Shown here in pieces: positions 25,539-29,792 of a DNA stretch of 29,792 bases. Position numbers and translations under genes: made by a program. This DNA comes from a virus (taxonomy: Duplodnaviria; Caudoviricetes): the IMG/VR virus record IMGVR_UViG_3300011339_000381, positions 1-29,792 of that record; one strand, given 5' to 3'. How positions within the stretch are numbered: the first letter of the stretch is position 1; each line of letters starts with the position of its first letter. The notes beneath the pieces were generated by a model. That model worked only from the letters and a program-made list of their open reading frames with translations, searched no databases and was not told the DNA's origin.

Positions 25539-28187
25539 TTATTGTCCTATTACTGCTGCCATGGCCGCTCTGCGAGCATTTGCTGTTTGGTAATTCCACT
25601 TGTTAGTGGCCGCATCATACTGTGGAGCAGGGTATGCTTCAAACGCACGGAACACGCGATCTCTATATGCTTTAATTGCTTCTGGACTTGCAGTTGATGC
25701 TGGAGCCTTACCCATAACATCGAATCTGGCTTTGGCAATTGCTTGATATTCTTTAAGACGCATGGCTTCTTGTTTTTGCCACGCTGAATTAAATTCGCTG
25801 GTAGTTTTAATCTGCGGATTGTCTTGCAAAAATGCTTGCTTACTGGCTGCTAAGTCGCCGTTGAACTGACTGCGATGTAAACCAGCCATAGCGGCATAAG
25901 CAGGTATGCGATCCACATTACCCACATTGGCCTCTTTGTTGGCACGCTGTTCAGCATCACTAACTGCACCAGGGCCGGCATTGGCACGCAGAGTTTTAGC
26001 GTTAACCACTGTGTTCAAGTTAACAAATTCTTGTAATGCGCCTTGTTCACTTTCAGTTAGTTTGTTCATTACTTGGCCTAGGTCATCGGCAAGTTGTTTC
26101 TTTTCTTCGGCACCATACGCACCACTGACAGCATTAATCATAATGCGGCGGGCTTGATCATATTGAGTGCCTTGTCCATTTAGAATGTTAACAACACTTG
26201 GATTGCGTTTTACAATATCTAACTGTTGACGACGAGCATTAGATACTGCTTGTCCATCACTACTTGTTTGTCCAACTGCTGGCTTAGTTTCTTTAACATA
26301 TTCTTTTTGTTCTGTAGTCTGAACTTCACTGGCTGATTCACGGGCAAGTTTATTTTCTGCGTCTATGCGCTTCTGTGCGTCAGGTGTAATACGCCCTGTA
26401 ACACTTGTGCCTGGCGCAACTGGCGCTACTGCTGTAGGTGCTTGTCCTGCAACCGGAGTAGGAGCAACTGGTGCTGTAACTTTGCCTGCTTGTGGTGCAG
26501 CCGCTGGTGCTTGTCCGGGTTGTTGTCTTTGTGGTGCTTGTCCAATGTCAGGACGATCAATACCCATGCGACTTAGTTCATCATCTGTTAAGTCTGGCTC
26601 ACCACGGTTAATAGCGGCTTGTCTAAAGTCAGCAACTGCTTTGAGTTTACTGTCATAATCGAGTTTTCTAATACTGTTGGCAAAACTTGTAGCATCGTTT
26701 TCACGCTTGAATGCTTGCTTGCGTTCATCTGCTGTTTGACCAGCAACATCACGCACACGAGTTAACTTAGTTGGATCACCTTTATATACTTCACCAGTAA
26801 CAATGTTCTTAGTAACAAGATTACCTTGTTTATCACTTTGGCTACGATAAATGTTGCCTTCTTTATCTTGGAACTGTTCAGCACTTGTGCTTACTTCACG
26901 CTTGCTGCCACCTTGACCCACAGCATTGACTAATTCTTCTGCTGATAACTTCTTACCAGTTTCAGAACTATAGCCTTCTAATGGTGTGCCATTGGCAGCA
27001 ACTTTGACCATATACGCTTTACCATCTGCACCTGTTACAGTTTTCTCTGTGCCCAAACCTAGTTTAGCACCTTCTGCTTGTGCTAGACCTTTTGCGCCAA
27101 TGGCAGCATAAAAGATTGCTTTGACCCACGATCCGCCTGTGGTCTTTTCACGCATGGCTTTAGCCAATTCAGTTTCACTCATTGAACTAACTTTTTCCTG
27201 TGCGTTCTGCATTTCACGCTGTTGTGTAATCAAGTCTGCGGCACGGTTACGAGCACGATCCTTCATCCAATCTGGAGCATCACTGTCTGTGCTCAACTTC
27301 ATTAATGCGTTAGGATCATTTTGATCGTTTTGATAACGCTCTATGTATGGTTTACTTTCACCTTGTGTCTGTGCCATACCTGGAACACGAATGCCTTGAC
27401 CAGCATTACCACCTTCCATAGCAGGTTGTGCTTGTGCGGCTTCTGGACTAATGGGTTCTAATTTTGGCTTTTGTGTTGGCATACCACCTTGTTCGCCTTG
27501 AACTAAGTTAGTAGCACCACTGGCTGGAGCGGCTTGTCCGCCTAAGCGTTGATCTACAATGCGTTTAACATTCTCAACACCACCATTGGCACGAGCAGCC
27601 GCTTCACTGATCTGTCCTGTTTTAAGATAATCACTGAGTCCTTTAGCACCTAAGAAATGAGCAGCCGCTAAATTGTTTTGTGTAGGCTCAACACCATATG
27701 CTTGTAAGTATTTTGCGTTTTGCTGTGTATAAGCATTTTGAGCAGCCGTTTGTTGTTCTGGTGTAGCCTGTGTAATGTCTGCGGGTAAACTAGGATCAGC
27801 ACGACGAGCATCTTCATAGCCCGCTGTAGTCATTCCATATGTGCCGTATGCACTACCTTTACTTCTGTCATGATAACCAATGTCAGGACGAGCACCTGAT
27901 TCTTGTTGTGCTATACTGGCATTATAATCTGTAGGTGCTACTGGTTGTATTTTACCAGCAGGTATTTCTCTTGTAGACTTTACTGTGCGACTACCATCAC
28001 CATATTCAACTATTTCTTCTTTACGACTTACTTCACTGGCAAGTTCACTTTGTTCTTTTTGTGCTCGCTCTAATTCACGACGCAGTTCTTCTTTGCGCTT
28101 TTCTTCTTCTTCAAAGTCATAAGGACTTACAGGCTGACTATAACTTTCGTCGTAGCCTGTGTAGTTACCCATTTCATCATATGCCAT
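25539..28187 (-). CDS. Ejection protein with lysozyme-like/lytic transglycosylase domain, 882 aa
   Basis: IAQQESG (catalytic Glu)...SAYGTYGM...AAHFLGAKG at about aa 88-215; the rest is A/Q-rich and helical. Confidence 0.8.
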   Translation of the reverse strand: MAYDEMGNYTGYDESYSQPVSPYDFEEEEKRKEELRRELERAQKEQSELASEVSRKEEIVEYGDGSRTVKSTREIPAGKIQPVAPTDYNASIAQQESGARPDIGYHDRSKGSAYGTYGMTTAGYEDARRADPSLPADITQATPEQQTAAQNAYTQQNAKYLQAYGVEPTQNNLAAAHFLGAKGLSDYLKTGQISEAAARANGGVENVKRIVDQRLGGQAAPASGATNLVQGEQGGMPTQKPKLEPISPEAAQAQPAMEGGNAGQGIRVPGMAQTQGESKPYIERYQNDQNDPNALMKLSTDSDAPDWMKDRARNRAADLITQQREMQNAQEKVSSMSETELAKAMREKTTGGSWVKAIFYAAIGAKGLAQAEGAKLGLGTEKTVTGADGKAYMVKVAANGTPLEGYSSETGKKLSAEELVNAVGQGGSKREVSTSAEQFQDKEGNIYRSQSDKQGNLVTKNIVTGEVYKGDPTKLTRVRDVAGQTADERKQAFKRENDATSFANSIRKLDYDSKLKAVADFRQAAINRGEPDLTDDELSRMGIDRPDIGQAPQRQQPGQAPAAAPQAGKVTAPVAPTPVAGQAPTAVAPVAPGTSVTGRITPDAQKRIDAENKLARESASEVQTTEQKEYVKETKPAVGQTSSDGQAVSNARRQQLDIVKRNPSVVNILNGQGTQYDQARRIMINAVSGAYGAEEKKQLADDLGQVMNKLTESEQGALQEFVNLNTVVNAKTLRANAGPGAVSDAEQRANKEANVGNVDRIPAYAAMAGLHRSQFNGDLAASKQAFLQDNPQIKTTSEFNSAWQKQEAMRLKEYQAIAKARFDVMGKAPASTASPEAIKAYRDRVFRAFEAYPAPQYDAATNKWNYQTANARRAAMAAVIGQ

Positions 28188-28197
28188 GTTTTATTCC

Positions 28198-28926
28198 TTA
28201 TGCAAATAAGCCGATAATATCTTTTAGGCCTGGATTCTTCGTTTCAGTTGTGCCCTGCTGTCCTGGATACTGTGGAGTATACAATTGACTTGGTGTTAGA
28301 CCCAGCATCTTACCTTTTTGGCTCATCCAATCCATTGGACGCTCTGCGGCACCTAACTGTGTGCTCTTGGCGCCTAGGCCACCTTGTAAGTAGTTTCCAC
28401 CAAGTTGTCCTAGGCTTTGTCCTGCTTGTAATCGTTGTTGATTTAAGTCACGCATAACACCTGCGGCTGCCTGCATCTGTGCGGCTTGGTTAGCACCTGC
28501 GGCCTGTGCGCCTGCCAGTGCTTGTCTGCTTGAACCTAACTGCCCTGCTCCACCAAACTGTGCGCCTTGGTTAGCCATGTTCTGCATATACTGACCTTGA
28601 ATAGGATTCATTGCGGCAGCAAACTGCTCTTGTCCAAACTTAGGATCAAAGAACTGACTAAGACCACTTACACCTGTTCTTGCGGCACTTTCGCCTGTTT
28701 CACCTAGTGTTTGTCCAACTTGTCCAGCATAGCCAGCAAGTCCTTGAGCAGCCTTGGTCATACCTGGCAATGCTTCGTCATAGGTTCTACCTACATCTTT
28801 TTGATAGTCTTTCCATGCAGGCATGGTTACATCTTTTTTGAACTTTAGTGTTTCAGCAATGTCTTCCGTCATGCCTGGCACATAGTTTACATCTTTTTCT
28901 GTTGATCCTTTTAAGATATCACTCAT
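28198..28926 (-). CDS. Pilot/DNA-injection-type protein, 242 aa
   Basis: Q/A/G-rich helices, GQLGSSRQ motif, C-terminal GTT...PGL..IIG; upstream of the transglycosylase-bearing protein. Confidence 0.6.
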   Translation of the reverse strand: MSDILKGSTEKDVNYVPGMTEDIAETLKFKKDVTMPAWKDYQKDVGRTYDEALPGMTKAAQGLAGYAGQVGQTLGETGESAARTGVSGLSQFFDPKFGQEQFAAAMNPIQGQYMQNMANQGAQFGGAGQLGSSRQALAGAQAAGANQAAQMQAAAGVMRDLNQQRLQAGQSLGQLGGNYLQGGLGAKSTQLGAAERPMDWMSQKGKMLGLTPSQLYTPQYPGQQGTTETKNPGLKDIIGLFA

Positions 28927-28947
28927 AGTAGTCGTCCTTTAATCTAA

Positions 28948-28958
28948 TATTTAGCGTT
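28948..28958 (-). promoter_or_regulatory. Late-type promoter AACGCTAAATA
   Basis: Exact 11-mer in the 28927-28961 gap. Confidence 0.75.
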
Positions 28959-28961
28959 ATT

Positions 28962-29792
28962 TTACGCTAGGCCTTTGCTCTTTAAGAATGCTTGAGCCGC
29001 TACAGGATCTAACATTTGTAAGTATGCTTGCTCGCCAGGCGTTAAACTTGCTGTATTTGGTTGGCCATTAATGATACTCATTGCTTGTTGCATGGTCATT
29101 GGCTCTCCAAATGTTTGTAATCCCCATGCTGTCTTAGGAGCATCAGGAACATCATTCCATTTATTGGCATCAAACTTACTGCCAGTTTGTAGCGCACGGT
29201 CGCCCCAGAAAAACTTGCTTTGAGCATCATTGGTTGTTTTGTAAAATGGTGTAGTTTCAATCATACCTGGATTTAGATACTTGCCGCCGCCTGTTTGTGG
29301 TCCTGGCACAACCGGCTTTATTGGAGGATTTACAGGAGGAACTACTACGCCATCTCCGCCACCGCCATCGCCTCCTCCACCATCTCCACCATCTGTATCT
29401 CCGGCATCATCGCCATCATCTGAATCATCACCGTCGTCACTGTCATCACCATCATCCGAATCATCCGAATCATCACCATCATCAGCATCTGCATCTGCAT
29501 CTGAGTCTGCATCGGCATCTGAGTCTGCGTCACTATCGGCGTCAGCATCTGAGTCAGCATCTGCGTCAGCATCGGCATCAGCATCCGCGTCTGAGTCAGC
29601 ATCAGCATCAGCATCTCTATCAGCGTCACTATCGCTATCACTATCGGCGCCAGCATCCGCATCAGAATCTCCGCCTATGCCACCATCGGCATCACCTGCG
29701 TCACCTGCGTCACCTGCGTCACCTGCGTCACCTGCGTCACCTGCGTCTCCACCAGCACCTCCACCTGCGTCACCTGCGCCTCCACCAGCCCC
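28962..29792 (-). CDS. C-terminal part (276 aa visible) of an Asp-rich repeat protein; 5' end lies outside the window
   Basis: The frame of track ORF 28962..29309 stays open to 29792 and encodes (GDA)n, (DA/DS)n, (DDS/DDG)n, GDGGG and a Pro-rich linker before the globular C-terminus. Confidence 0.8.
   Translation of the reverse strand, partial: GAGGGAGDAGGGAGGDAGDAGDAGDAGDAGDAGDADGGIGGDSDADAGADSDSDSDADRDADADADSDADADADADADADSDADADSDADSDADADSDADADADDGDDSDDSDDGDDSDDGDDSDDGDDAGDTDGGDGGGGDGGGGDGVVVPPVNPPIKPVVPGPQTGGGKYLNPGMIETTPFYKTTNDAQSKFFWGDRALQTGSKFDANKWNDVPDAPKTAWGLQTFGEPMTMQQAMSIINGQPNTASLTPGEQAYLQMLDPVAAQAFLKSKGLA
29349..29792. repeat. Low-complexity coding repeats, including TCACCTGCG x6 (29692-29745) and degenerate 6-bp GCATCN units
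   Basis: Read directly from the sequence. Confidence 0.9.

Noticed and set aside
29345-29662. Met-rich 105-aa ORF in the track
   Set aside because: It is an alternate-frame shadow of the GAT-GCN repeats; the Asp-rich frame is continuous with the downstream domain.
29692-29745. Possible CRISPR array or collagen domain
   Set aside because: The 9-bp units have no spacers, and six G-D-A triplets inside a generally acidic tract are too few to call collagen.

Overview
The window is an AT-rich fragment of a tailed phage genome with podovirus-like (P22/SU10-type) architecture. Almost every gene is on the minus strand. In transcription order (right to left) it holds: ejection/core proteins (an Asp-repeat protein cut by the window edge, a pilot-like protein, a lytic-transglycosylase-bearing protein and a Gly/Ala-rich protein); Dps; one inverted GNAT gene; a TerS-like gene and nine small ORFs; TerL; portal; scaffold; major capsid; adaptor; two long fibre proteins; a holin-like gene; an early region of single-gene sigma70 cassettes; and a replication-type operon with a stand-alone family-A-like (TV-Pol-like) polymerase and a degenerate HNH protein. 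Three features stand out. (1) A recurrent T4-late-like promoter motif, (AACGC)TAAATA, precedes late units, often 5 nt before a leaderless ATG, and no sigma factor is visible in the window. (2) Two candidate small RNAs start about 5 nt after TAAATA, end in intrinsic terminators and carry seeds complementary to the ribosome-binding regions of the early genes just downstream. (3) A G-U-rich, doubly pseudoknotted RNA candidate lies 3' of dps, antisense to the GNAT gene. All calls come from manual motif reading; no searches or folding programs were run, and the host cannot be determined.
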